A DNA stretch of 64,000 nt from Candidatus Poribacteria bacterium. Its GTDB lineage: Bacteria > Poribacteria > WGA-4E > WGA-3G. The notes beneath the pieces were generated by a model. It was not told the origin of the DNA. It ran no database searches and was given only the letters and a program-made list of their open reading frames with translations. The stretch is taken from assembly GCA_965197475.1 (NCBI GenBank), contig CBDANF010000003.1:4032001-4096000 (forward strand), in the 5' to 3' direction. The number at the start of each line of letters is the position of its first letter. Position 1 is the stretch's first letter. Shown one piece after another: positions 40,401 to 48,127 of this stretch. Position numbers and translations under genes: made by a program.

Positions 40401-42881
40401 CCATTAGAGTGTTCTGTCGATGAACTTATAAAAACAATTGGCGAACAGATTGAAGCATCCAGCACCTTTGATGGCTATCTCATACGTGTAGAAGATTTGA
40501 GTATTCGTTTATCTCAAAGCAACACAATCTATCGGTGTTTAAAGTGTAAACGAAAGCACCTTTACAATGCGGGTGGGATTTGCACAAACACGAAATGCCT
40601 TGGAGAATTAGAGGAAATTGATAAAAATTTGGATAAATTAGAACAGTACGGTGGGTACTATACCTACCAAGTTGATCCTAAGGAACTTGGTATTCAGCCT
40701 TACCGTTTTCATTGCGAAGAGTTAACTGCACAAACTGATTCTGAAGAACGACCTACCCGGCAACGGTGGTTTCAAGATGTAATACTTGATGATGAAAATA
40801 AGAAAACGGATGAAATCGACCTTCTCAGCGTAACAACAACTTTGGAAGCTGGGGTCGATATCGGGGCACTTTCAATTGTATTAATGGGGAATGTCCCACC
40901 ACAGCGGTTCAATTATCAACAGCGCGTTGGACGTGCAGGAAGACGCGGTGAACCGATAGCCTACTCCTTAACGCTTTGCCGCCTTAGAACCCATGACGAT
41001 CACTATTTTTCACATACAAATCAGATTACAAATGACGAAACACCGCAGCCATATCTGGATCTCCGGAGTCAGGACATCATTCGTCGGGTATTAGCAAAAG
41101 AAGTTTTATTTAACGCTTTCCCGCACTCCGACACTGAAAATGCTAATGAGAGAAACGTCCACGGTAATTTCGGAAAAGTTTCCAATTGGTCAACTAATCG
41201 TGAAAAACTATCCACATGGATCCAAACACACCAAGAAACGATACCAAAAATCGTTCAAGTGCTTGCAGCACAAACGGAATTAGATACTAAAAACGCAACA
41301 GATGAATTGACACATTGGGTCATCAACAAACTTGAAAATGAAATTAGCAACTGCATAGATAACCATCTATTCAAAGATGATGATTTAAGCCAGGCACTCG
41401 CGGAGTCGGGGCTGCTGCCGATGTTTGGGTTTCCAACAGGTATACGTTTATTGTATCATCAACAACCGCGTAGATCCAATTGGCCCCCGACATCTGGTGT
41501 TGTTGACAGAAACATTGACATCGCTATTAACCAATTTGCCCCGGGTGCTGAAACTGTCAAGGATAAAAAAATCCACACATCTATCGGCATAGTTTCTTAT
41601 ATACCAGATGGCAATACTATGGGAACAGAAAGGGATATTGGACGTGAAAAATCTATAGGGTTCTGTGAAAGTTGTAAAGCCGTTTTCACTGAATCTATTG
41701 AAAACAAAAAGAAATGTGGAATATGTACAGATAGCAAATTTAAGCTAATCCAAGGTATTGAACCCAAAGGTTTCCTGACCAATTTCAAGCCAGATGATGC
41801 TCATGAGAATTTTAACAGGGCACCACGAGCAACATATTCACGCCTTCCATCAGATGTGCCAGCAAAATTGACAACACAACATAATTTTAGGTCGGGAGTA
41901 GAGCGTAAACTAAAACTATTTTCTATTAATACTAACAATGAGGGGTTTTTCAAACTTCGTAAACAGAAAGATAGCAATGCTCTTGTTTCGGCTGAAGTCT
42001 GCAGTGAACTTGCCCAAAAAAGTGGAAGGCACGATTTCAATGAAGATGGACACCTTGAAGGGAAAACGCGAAAATTTGCATTTTATGCATCTACAACTAC
42101 TGATATTTTGTTAATTGAGGTTGACGAAATACCAGAAGGCACTTCAAATAAATTACAAGGAGAATACTGGCGTGCAGCCTCGTATTCCTTCGGTTTCCTG
42201 TTCCGTCAGTTTGCAGCGAAACAATTGGACGTGTCACCAAAGGAATTGCGGGTTGAAATTCGTCCCGTGATAGAAAACGGGATTCCTAAACAACAAATAT
42301 TCATCGCTGATGCATTAGCAAATGGTGCGGGTTACTGCCGTCATCTCGGTGAGACTGATGCTAAAGGAATACCTTTCCGATTAGTTCAATTACTTAAAGA
42401 TATGACTAACCCCGATGATGATTTTGCAGAACGACTGATTGCTCATAGCAAAGATTGTGATTCATCTTGCTACAACAGAGGGTGTATGCGTGATTACTCC
42501 AACATGCCTTATCATCCATTTCTGGATTGGCGATTAGGGCTTGATGTAGCACAACTTTGCCTGAACGAAAACTATCAGATGGACCTCCAAAAAGACTATT
42601 GGTCTACCCTCGTAGACCCAGTAAAAAAGAACCTGGAAAAACTTCCCCAAAGCCTTGAATATAAGGATTACAACGGTGTCCCTGTTTTTGAAGATCAAGA
42701 GCAGCAGCGAGCATTCATTTTACATCACCCATTGGCTGCAACTGGTGATGAGGCTACACTACATATCAAATCAACTGTGGTTGATATTAGAGAATCAAGA
42801 TTTAAGGTGGATTACATCAATATTTTTAATGCTATTCGAAGGGTAAGTGACGTAATGAATACGCTGAATAAGAAACCATGA
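37437..42881 (+). CDS. Large SF2 DEAD/DEAH helicase with Zn-finger inserts and a C-terminal DUF1998 domain (DruE-like)
   Basis: LYEHQ, TGTGSGKT, YPLNALVEDQ, PPDILITNYSML, DELH, FSDSRQDAA, TTTLEAGVDIG, NYQQRVGRAGRR, several CxxC pairs, DALANGAGY, CDSSCYNRGC...LDWRLG. Confidence 0.85.
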   Translation: MSDPIKTDPFKTYKLLCDSYIRYIQTIMGFNSEKLEEERDELLRKNGLLFQDPRFEPIFPYPSSKRTLTELCDDLKLTSELGEFLATGGEEGLAPKDRHLYEHQADAIKASVFDGEDVVVTTGTGSGKTECFLLPIFSYLIKESRAWTSYGKRNIDHPWWRTHERSVGTRIPQRKGETRPAAIRALIMYPLNALVEDQLMRLRRACDSPKARQWLNDKRGNNRFYFGRYNSLTPVSGAENSNSLRRLRTKLDDLRKQFEKVKDSPKKRYYFPSTDVDTAEMWTRWDMQNRPPDILITNYSMLNIMLTRDLELPIFEETKKWLEQPDSIFHLVVDELHSYRGTSGSEVAFLLRTLFNRLGLDPDSPKLRIIASSASLEGNKERVKDEGSEEDEARKYLRQFFARGKRFNIIGSPPHSEKRTELRECLKHAKHFEVFNRNADSTELDKIPKDRIKSAVAQLCYCKGKLHASTVEDMLDAANKVASTPITEETIQGLIRYLIQQKDSKKNQALLPLRVHYFFKNYEGLWACSNPKCQGEHEDATIGKLFANRRVLCDQCGSRVLELLNCETCGDLFLGGYKQQISEKPPSWYLSGDYQELTSLPEKGVRDRNYETYAIFWQRKQIPEPDRSWEKHGIKRRWAPGHFKHAEGKLTRNSVNYNGYFYNIDKPEDWCSEIPKYCPNCGDAWDHTNKPKPISGKEETYSPLHDMGTGLQKIIQILTQTLQATVKEQSDRKTIIFSDSRQDAAKYAVGLQWAHYRDMIRLIVIDTMKKQTEESDFTLLRDFQNGRMTREEARDPINRLIANFPDEQSIFWDIYDGKSLTEDQKSQLIALECNFPFTVLQEECFKEFINHGMNPGGYGQKVDSSYNGDSWLNLCDWERDPAVLRSNRQLEPHHKTLIRDIESEFKRVIAERILFARKDMGLEGLGLAWCEPKINPDKWRLNNVNPTEIMASVTRILGERKRTNINPFLFLEMDMPKFVEEYLVKSATPLECSVDELIKTIGEQIEASSTFDGYLIRVEDLSIRLSQSNTIYRCLKCKRKHLYNAGGICTNTKCLGELEEIDKNLDKLEQYGGYYTYQVDPKELGIQPYRFHCEELTAQTDSEERPTRQRWFQDVILDDENKKTDEIDLLSVTTTLEAGVDIGALSIVLMGNVPPQRFNYQQRVGRAGRRGEPIAYSLTLCRLRTHDDHYFSHTNQITNDETPQPYLDLRSQDIIRRVLAKEVLFNAFPHSDTENANERNVHGNFGKVSNWSTNREKLSTWIQTHQETIPKIVQVLAAQTELDTKNATDELTHWVINKLENEISNCIDNHLFKDDDLSQALAESGLLPMFGFPTGIRLLYHQQPRRSNWPPTSGVVDRNIDIAINQFAPGAETVKDKKIHTSIGIVSYIPDGNTMGTERDIGREKSIGFCESCKAVFTESIENKKKCGICTDSKFKLIQGIEPKGFLTNFKPDDAHENFNRAPRATYSRLPSDVPAKLTTQHNFRSGVERKLKLFSINTNNEGFFKLRKQKDSNALVSAEVCSELAQKSGRHDFNEDGHLEGKTRKFAFYASTTTDILLIEVDEIPEGTSNKLQGEYWRAASYSFGFLFRQFAAKQLDVSPKELRVEIRPVIENGIPKQQIFIADALANGAGYCRHLGETDAKGIPFRLVQLLKDMTNPDDDFAERLIAHSKDCDSSCYNRGCMRDYSNMPYHPFLDWRLGLDVAQLCLNENYQMDLQKDYWSTLVDPVKKNLEKLPQSLEYKDYNGVPVFEDQEQQRAFILHHPLAATGDEATLHIKSTVVDIRESRFKVDYINIFNAIRRVSDVMNTLNKKP

Positions 42882-42962
42882 TATGAAACTCCAACTCAAC
42901 ACGAGACTCTCTCTAAGATGTTTCAGATATTAGTAGTTTAAAAGTACATGAAAGAAGGGTAT

Positions 42963-43478
42963 ATGATAATACAATATGAAGGCATAACACCAAATATACA
43001 TTCCTCTGTCTTTGTCGCCCCAGGGGCAATGATAATTGGAGACGTAACAATCGGTGAAGAATCAACTGTATGGTTTAACACCGTCCTCCGAGGCGACCTT
43101 GAACCGATACGCATCGGGTGCCGCACAAACATTCAGGATGGAACGGTGATACACATGGACAAAGAGATACCGTGTCTTATCGGTGATGATGTTACCGTTG
43201 GACACGGAGCAATTCTTCACAGCTGTTCTATTGACAACGAAGCATTAATCGGAATGGGTGCGATTCTTCTGACAGGTTGCAAAATTGGCGAACGCGCCAT
43301 TGTTGCCGCCGGAACACTTGTACGTGAAGGACAGGAAATCCCTGCTGGATCTGTGGCGATGGGAGTACCTGCAATAGTACGACGGGAGGCTACAGAAGCT
43401 GAACTTGAACGCGTCCGGAACGGCAAAGATGATTACGTATTACGCGGCAAATTAATGCAAGACAGTTTAAAGACATAG
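42963..43478 (+). CDS. Gamma carbonic anhydrase family protein
   Basis: VLRGD, NIQDGTVIH, TVGHGAILH. Confidence 0.9.
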   Translation: MIIQYEGITPNIHSSVFVAPGAMIIGDVTIGEESTVWFNTVLRGDLEPIRIGCRTNIQDGTVIHMDKEIPCLIGDDVTVGHGAILHSCSIDNEALIGMGAILLTGCKIGERAIVAAGTLVREGQEIPAGSVAMGVPAIVRREATEAELERVRNGKDDYVLRGKLMQDSLKT

Positions 43479-43486
43479 TTTATTAT

Positions 43487-43548
43487 CAAATCTAAAATAC
43501 CTGTACATTTTAGATTTGCATTGTTTGTAGTCGCGCAATTCATTGCGC
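43487..43548 (+). repeat. Perfect 12-bp hairpin followed by a GTAG-type REP
   Basis: CAAATCTAAAAT-8 nt-ATTTTAGATTTG at 43487-43518; GTAG-TC-GCGCAAT-TC-ATTGCGC from 43527. Confidence 0.6.
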
Positions 43549-43583
43549 CTCTTACATATCAGTGGTTTTGAAAAGGAGAAATT

Positions 43584-44624
43584 ATGGCAAAACACACATG
43601 TTTGATGATTGGTGGAAGCGGTATGGCTGGCGGTTGGATTCACAACTTCAGAAATAATTTTAGTGACCGCGTTGAGATTGTTGGTTTGGCAGATGTTAAG
43701 GAAGATGTCCTAAAAAACCAGGGTGAGGCGTTAGGGTTAAATTCTTCACAACTTTTCATAGATTTCAACGAAGCGTGTGCGTCTGTCAAAGCAGATTTTT
43801 GTGGTGTTGCAACGCCACCGCAATTCCACAGTCCCGCCGCAATTGCAGCTATGGAAAATGGAATGCCTGTCATCTGCGAAAAACCGATTGCGGATACTTT
43901 GGACGCAGCAAAAGCGATGGTACGCACCTCACAAAAAACGGGATTGCCGTGTGCTATTATCCAAAACTATCGCTATGCGAACAATAAACAAGAATTGGTT
44001 CGCATCCGTAATGAGGGTAGATTAGGGAGACTCCAACACATTGTCGGAAGATATGCTTGTGATTATCGTCGCTATCTCTCATGGGGTGTGGATTGGCGGC
44101 ACGACATGGATTTTAGCCTTCTTTTTGAGGCATCAGTCCATCACCTTGATATGCTCCGATTTCTCTCCGGCGGCGATTGTGAAACTTTGGTTGGATTCGG
44201 ATGGAATCCGAAATGGTCAAGTTTTAAGCACTACTCCAGCGGATACTACTTAATGCGGATGGATAACGGTGTCCACACTTCTTATGAGGGAAACAGTTCC
44301 GCAGCAGGTATCATTAACTGTTGGAATGGTGAACACTACCGCGCTGAATTTGAGCAAGGAGCAGTAGAAATCGCAGGTGGAAACCAGATGACTATTCATC
44401 GTGTCGGTGGTGAGAGAGAGGTATATGAGGCACCAGGTATTCCACACTACGCGCACCATCATCTGTTTGATGAATTTTTAAATTGGCTTGAAGGCGGCAA
44501 ACCCTCTGATACACGGATTGAAGACAATATCAAGAGTTTTGTCCTTGTCATCGCTGCGATGGAAACGACAGTTGATGGTCAACCCAAGCATATCACTGAA
44601 TACCTGAGTGACCTGTCCCTCTAA
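43584..44624 (+). CDS. Gfo/Idh/MocA family oxidoreductase
   Basis: IGGSGMA, ICEKPIA, QNYRY, SVHHLD. Confidence 0.88.
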   Translation: MAKHTCLMIGGSGMAGGWIHNFRNNFSDRVEIVGLADVKEDVLKNQGEALGLNSSQLFIDFNEACASVKADFCGVATPPQFHSPAAIAAMENGMPVICEKPIADTLDAAKAMVRTSQKTGLPCAIIQNYRYANNKQELVRIRNEGRLGRLQHIVGRYACDYRRYLSWGVDWRHDMDFSLLFEASVHHLDMLRFLSGGDCETLVGFGWNPKWSSFKHYSSGYYLMRMDNGVHTSYEGNSSAAGIINCWNGEHYRAEFEQGAVEIAGGNQMTIHRVGGEREVYEAPGIPHYAHHHLFDEFLNWLEGGKPSDTRIEDNIKSFVLVIAAMETTVDGQPKHITEYLSDLSL

Positions 44625-44706
44625 TCCTGAATTTCTTGTTTGAATCTCATGACTATAGCACATAGGTTAGATTGAGCACCGTTAGAATTCGAAAAGGAGA
44701 AAATTT

Positions 44707-45744
44707 ATGGCAAAACAAACATGTTTGATGATTGGTGGAGGTGGTATGGCGGCTAACTGGATCCGCATCTTAACTCATGATTTCAGTGATCGGATTGAAA
44801 TAGTCGGTTTAGTGGATGTGAATACAGATGTTCTCACAGTACAAGGCGAGGCTTTAGGGTTGAGCACCTCACAACGCTTCACAGACTTTAACGAGGCGTG
44901 TGCAACGGTCAAAGCAGATTTTTGTGGTATTGCTGTTCCACCTAAATTCCACAATCCCGCCGCAATTGCTGCCATGGAAAACGGAATACCCGTTATTTGC
45001 GAAAAACCGATCGCTGATACATGGGATGCAGCGAAAGCAATGGTACGCACCTCACAAAAAACGGGATTGCCGTGCACGATAATTCAAAACTATCGGTATG
45101 CGGATAATAAACAGGAATTGATACGTATTCGTGATGAAGGTAGATTGGGAGGACTTCAATACGTTGTCGGTAGATATGGGTGCGACTTTCGTCGCTATTC
45201 CGCGTGGGGAGCGTGGCGGCATGATATGGATTTCGGGCTCCTCATTGAAGGTTCCGTTCATCACTTGGACATGCTTCGGTTTCTCTCTGGCGGTGACTGT
45301 GAAACCTTGATCGGGTTTGGATGGAATCCGGAATGGTCAAGTTTTAAGCATTATTCAAGCGGTTTCTATCTAATGCGTATGGACAACGGTGTTCATACCT
45401 CTTATGAAGGCAACAGCTCGGCGGCTGGCATGGAATACTGCTGGAACCATGAGTACTACCGCGCCGAGTTTGAACAAGGGGCAGTCGAAATCGCAGGCGG
45501 AAACCAGATGACTATCCATCGTGTTGGCGGCGAAAAGGAAGTCTACGTAGCACCGCCAGTTCGCTATGAGCATCATCACCATCTATTTGATGAGTTCCTA
45601 AATTGGCTTGACGGTGGTGAACCATCTAAAACACGGGTTGAGGACAATATAAAAAGTTTCGCACTTGTCATCGCTGCGATGGAAACGACAGTTGATGGTC
45701 AACCCAAGCATATCGCTGAATATCTGAGTGATTTGGATCTCTAA
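44707..45744 (+). CDS. Gfo/Idh/MocA family oxidoreductase, tandem paralog
   Basis: Collinear with and highly similar to 43584-44624. Confidence 0.88.
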   Translation: MAKQTCLMIGGGGMAANWIRILTHDFSDRIEIVGLVDVNTDVLTVQGEALGLSTSQRFTDFNEACATVKADFCGIAVPPKFHNPAAIAAMENGIPVICEKPIADTWDAAKAMVRTSQKTGLPCTIIQNYRYADNKQELIRIRDEGRLGGLQYVVGRYGCDFRRYSAWGAWRHDMDFGLLIEGSVHHLDMLRFLSGGDCETLIGFGWNPEWSSFKHYSSGFYLMRMDNGVHTSYEGNSSAAGMEYCWNHEYYRAEFEQGAVEIAGGNQMTIHRVGGEKEVYVAPPVRYEHHHHLFDEFLNWLDGGEPSKTRVEDNIKSFALVIAAMETTVDGQPKHIAEYLSDLDL

Positions 45745-45794
45745 AATCTGAGATATCGCCTCACGAATAGCTATGCATCAGGTGGGTGCTAATT

Positions 45795-46094
45795 ATGTTC
45801 AATTCAAATCCAGAAATACCAGTCGTTCTTGACGATATTCCAGAATCCGAGCAGCACGCGCTGCTTGAAAAACTGGCACAATGGATTGTACGCCGAAGTC
45901 TAACCACGCCAGCTATCCTTTTTTTAGAGACGGGGAAACCTCTCAACTTTTTAGGGTCCCAATTGCTGATTGCTTTTAGCCCCTTTGTGCAGGCATTTTT
46001 CAAGGGAGATCAATATCATAAAATTGCGCTTATTCTCGAAAAAGATGAAAACGTTGAATTACTCATACAATTTATTGAAGAAACTAAAGGGTGA
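45795..46094 (+). CDS. Hypothetical protein
   Basis: LTTPAILFLETGKPLNFLGSQ; lies in operon orientation. Confidence 0.6.
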   Translation: MFNSNPEIPVVLDDIPESEQHALLEKLAQWIVRRSLTTPAILFLETGKPLNFLGSQLLIAFSPFVQAFFKGDQYHKIALILEKDENVELLIQFIEETKG

Positions 46095-46122
46095 GATGTG
46101 AAAAGAAATTAGGAGAAACTTG

Positions 46123-47490
46123 ATGGCTGTTGAACTGAGAATGCTCCAGATGGACCAGACAATGACAAAAGGGAAAATCGGCAAATGGCTTGTTAAGGAA
46201 GGCGATACCGTGACACAAGGGCAACCCCTTCTGGAAATTGAAACGGATAAAGTTGTCCATGAACAGGAATCTCCTACTGACGGTGTCATCGCACAAATTC
46301 TCCCAGAAGAAGGTAGTAATGTCCCTGTTAATGCGCTTTTAGCGATTATCGCGGCCCCGGGGGAAGAAGTTGAACGCGTTAAAGCAGATACCACAGCAGA
46401 ACCACAGGAGTCTGATAAACCAGAGCAGCGTGCCCCGACACCTGCTACACCAACGAAAATAGAGTCTCAACAGACTACACAAACGACGGAACACATTAAA
46501 GCATCCCCTGCAGCACAACAACTCGCTGAAAAACTCGCTATTGACTTAACGCAAGTAAAAGCGTCTGGTCCTGGAGGTCGTATCCTTGAAAGTGATGTCC
46601 ATCGCTACATTGAAACGAGAGAGCCGACTCCGACTGAATCAACGCGTCTCAAAGCCTCGCCGCTCGCTCGCCGATTAGCAAAAGAATTTGGGATCGATAT
46701 TACATCTATTGCCGGTTCCGGTCCTGATGGCAGAATTGTCCGAGATGACGTGTTGCAAGCCACCGATGAGATACCCGCTCAGGCATTTCGTACTGAACCC
46801 GCTGCTTCAGAAGTTATTGAGCTTAGCGGCATCCGTAAAATCATCGCCGAACGTATGACGATGAGCGTTCAAACGAACGCAAGTGTCACACTTCATACAG
46901 AAGTTGACGCTACAACCCTTGTAGAATTACGCGAACTCTTCAACGAAGAATTACAGAAAAGAGAGGTGAGCCTCACCTACACCGATCTAATTGTGAAAAT
47001 TATTGCTAATGCATTGCGAGAACATCCACGCCTCAACGCGACACTCACAGATGACGGAATTCGCCTATTAGCGGATATCAATATTGGGGTTGCAGTCGCA
47101 TTAGAAGATGGACTCGTCGTGCCGGTCATCCGCAATGTTGATAAAATAGGTTTAGCCGCTATCTCTGAGCAGATAAAAAACTTGGCAGAAAAAGCGCGCG
47201 GTAATCAACTTACCCCCGGAGAACTTCAAGGCGGCACCTTTACCTTGACAAACCTCGGCAATTTTGGAGTCGATGCATTCACACCTATCATCAATCCGCC
47301 TGAATGTGCTATCCTTGGAGTAGGGCGGATTCTCAAGAAACCGGTTGTCTATAACGATGAGATCGCTATTCGGCACATGCTAACCTTAAGTTTGACGTTT
47401 GATCACCGTGTTGTGGACGGTGCTCCTGCTGCACAGTTCTTGCAAACAGTGTCTCAATATATTCAGAACCCGTATCTATTGCTTGTATAA
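46123..47490 (+). CDS. 2-oxo-acid dehydrogenase E2 (dihydrolipoamide acyltransferase)
   Basis: Lipoyl site EIETDKV, two E3-binding domains (KASP...GRI), catalytic DHRVVDG. Confidence 0.92.
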   Translation: MAVELRMLQMDQTMTKGKIGKWLVKEGDTVTQGQPLLEIETDKVVHEQESPTDGVIAQILPEEGSNVPVNALLAIIAAPGEEVERVKADTTAEPQESDKPEQRAPTPATPTKIESQQTTQTTEHIKASPAAQQLAEKLAIDLTQVKASGPGGRILESDVHRYIETREPTPTESTRLKASPLARRLAKEFGIDITSIAGSGPDGRIVRDDVLQATDEIPAQAFRTEPAASEVIELSGIRKIIAERMTMSVQTNASVTLHTEVDATTLVELRELFNEELQKREVSLTYTDLIVKIIANALREHPRLNATLTDDGIRLLADINIGVAVALEDGLVVPVIRNVDKIGLAAISEQIKNLAEKARGNQLTPGELQGGTFTLTNLGNFGVDAFTPIINPPECAILGVGRILKKPVVYNDEIAIRHMLTLSLTFDHRVVDGAPAAQFLQTVSQYIQNPYLLLV

Positions 47491-47500
47491 GGAAATGCAA

Positions 47501-48127
47501 ATGAAAAAATGGATATGTTTACTTCTCATGCTATTGCTGTTTACAGTTGGGTATGCCCAAGAAACAGATTTTGATATCCTGCTTGCCTCTGATGTCAATG
47601 CAGATGGAATAGTGAATATCCGTGATTTGGTATTTGTTGCCTTGCACTTTGGTGAAACACCTTCTGAAGATCAGTATCCCAACCCCGATGTAAACGGGGA
47701 CAGTGCTGTCAACATTGATGACCTTACATTGGTCGCGAGCCACTTTGGTAAGTATTCTGGCATTCCACTTGAATTAACCGATCAGACGTTTGACAACATA
47801 GTGCGTGGCGCAAAACTGCCTATCTTAGTCGAATTTAAGTCCGATTACTGAATCTACTGTTTATTGATGAGACCAGTTGTGTCTGAAATTACCTTAGAAT
47901 ATCGTAACGTTTTCGTCGTAGCAAAATTAGACGTGAACGACAATCCAGTAACAACAGCAGAATATCATATACGAGGAACACCGATTTACCTCCTATTCTA
48001 TGAAGGAAACGTCATAAAAGTAATCGTCGGTGCTATGTCGAAAGAGAGATTGGTAAATCGGATTCTTGAAGGGTTAAGTACGGTGGTAGAACCACCACTC
48101 ACACAAGAGCAGGCAGACAGCGAATAA
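47501..48127 (+). CDS. Secreted dockerin-like plus thioredoxin fusion; putative selenoprotein with in-frame TGA at 47849-47851 (UxxC)
   Basis: Signal peptide, two DVN(A/G)D-like repeats, then LPILVEFKSDY-TGA-IYC-LLMRP...KLDVNDNP...IRGTP. The two track ORFs are in the same frame and the TGA sits at the first Cys of the Trx CxxC. Confidence 0.8.
47870..47884 (+). promoter_or_regulatory. Candidate bacterial SECIS hairpin
   Basis: AGAC-CAGTTGT-GTCT begins 18 nt after the TGA and has GU in the apical loop. Confidence 0.5.

Noticed and set aside
37437-42881. DISARM DrmA/DrmB
   Set aside because: Helicase and DUF1998 lie in one ~1800-aa chain and no methylase or PLD gene is in the operon, which fits a DruE-like protein better.
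47864-48127. Independent 87-aa thioredoxin-like gene
   Set aside because: It lacks the active site and an RBS; better explained as the continuation after the TGA.
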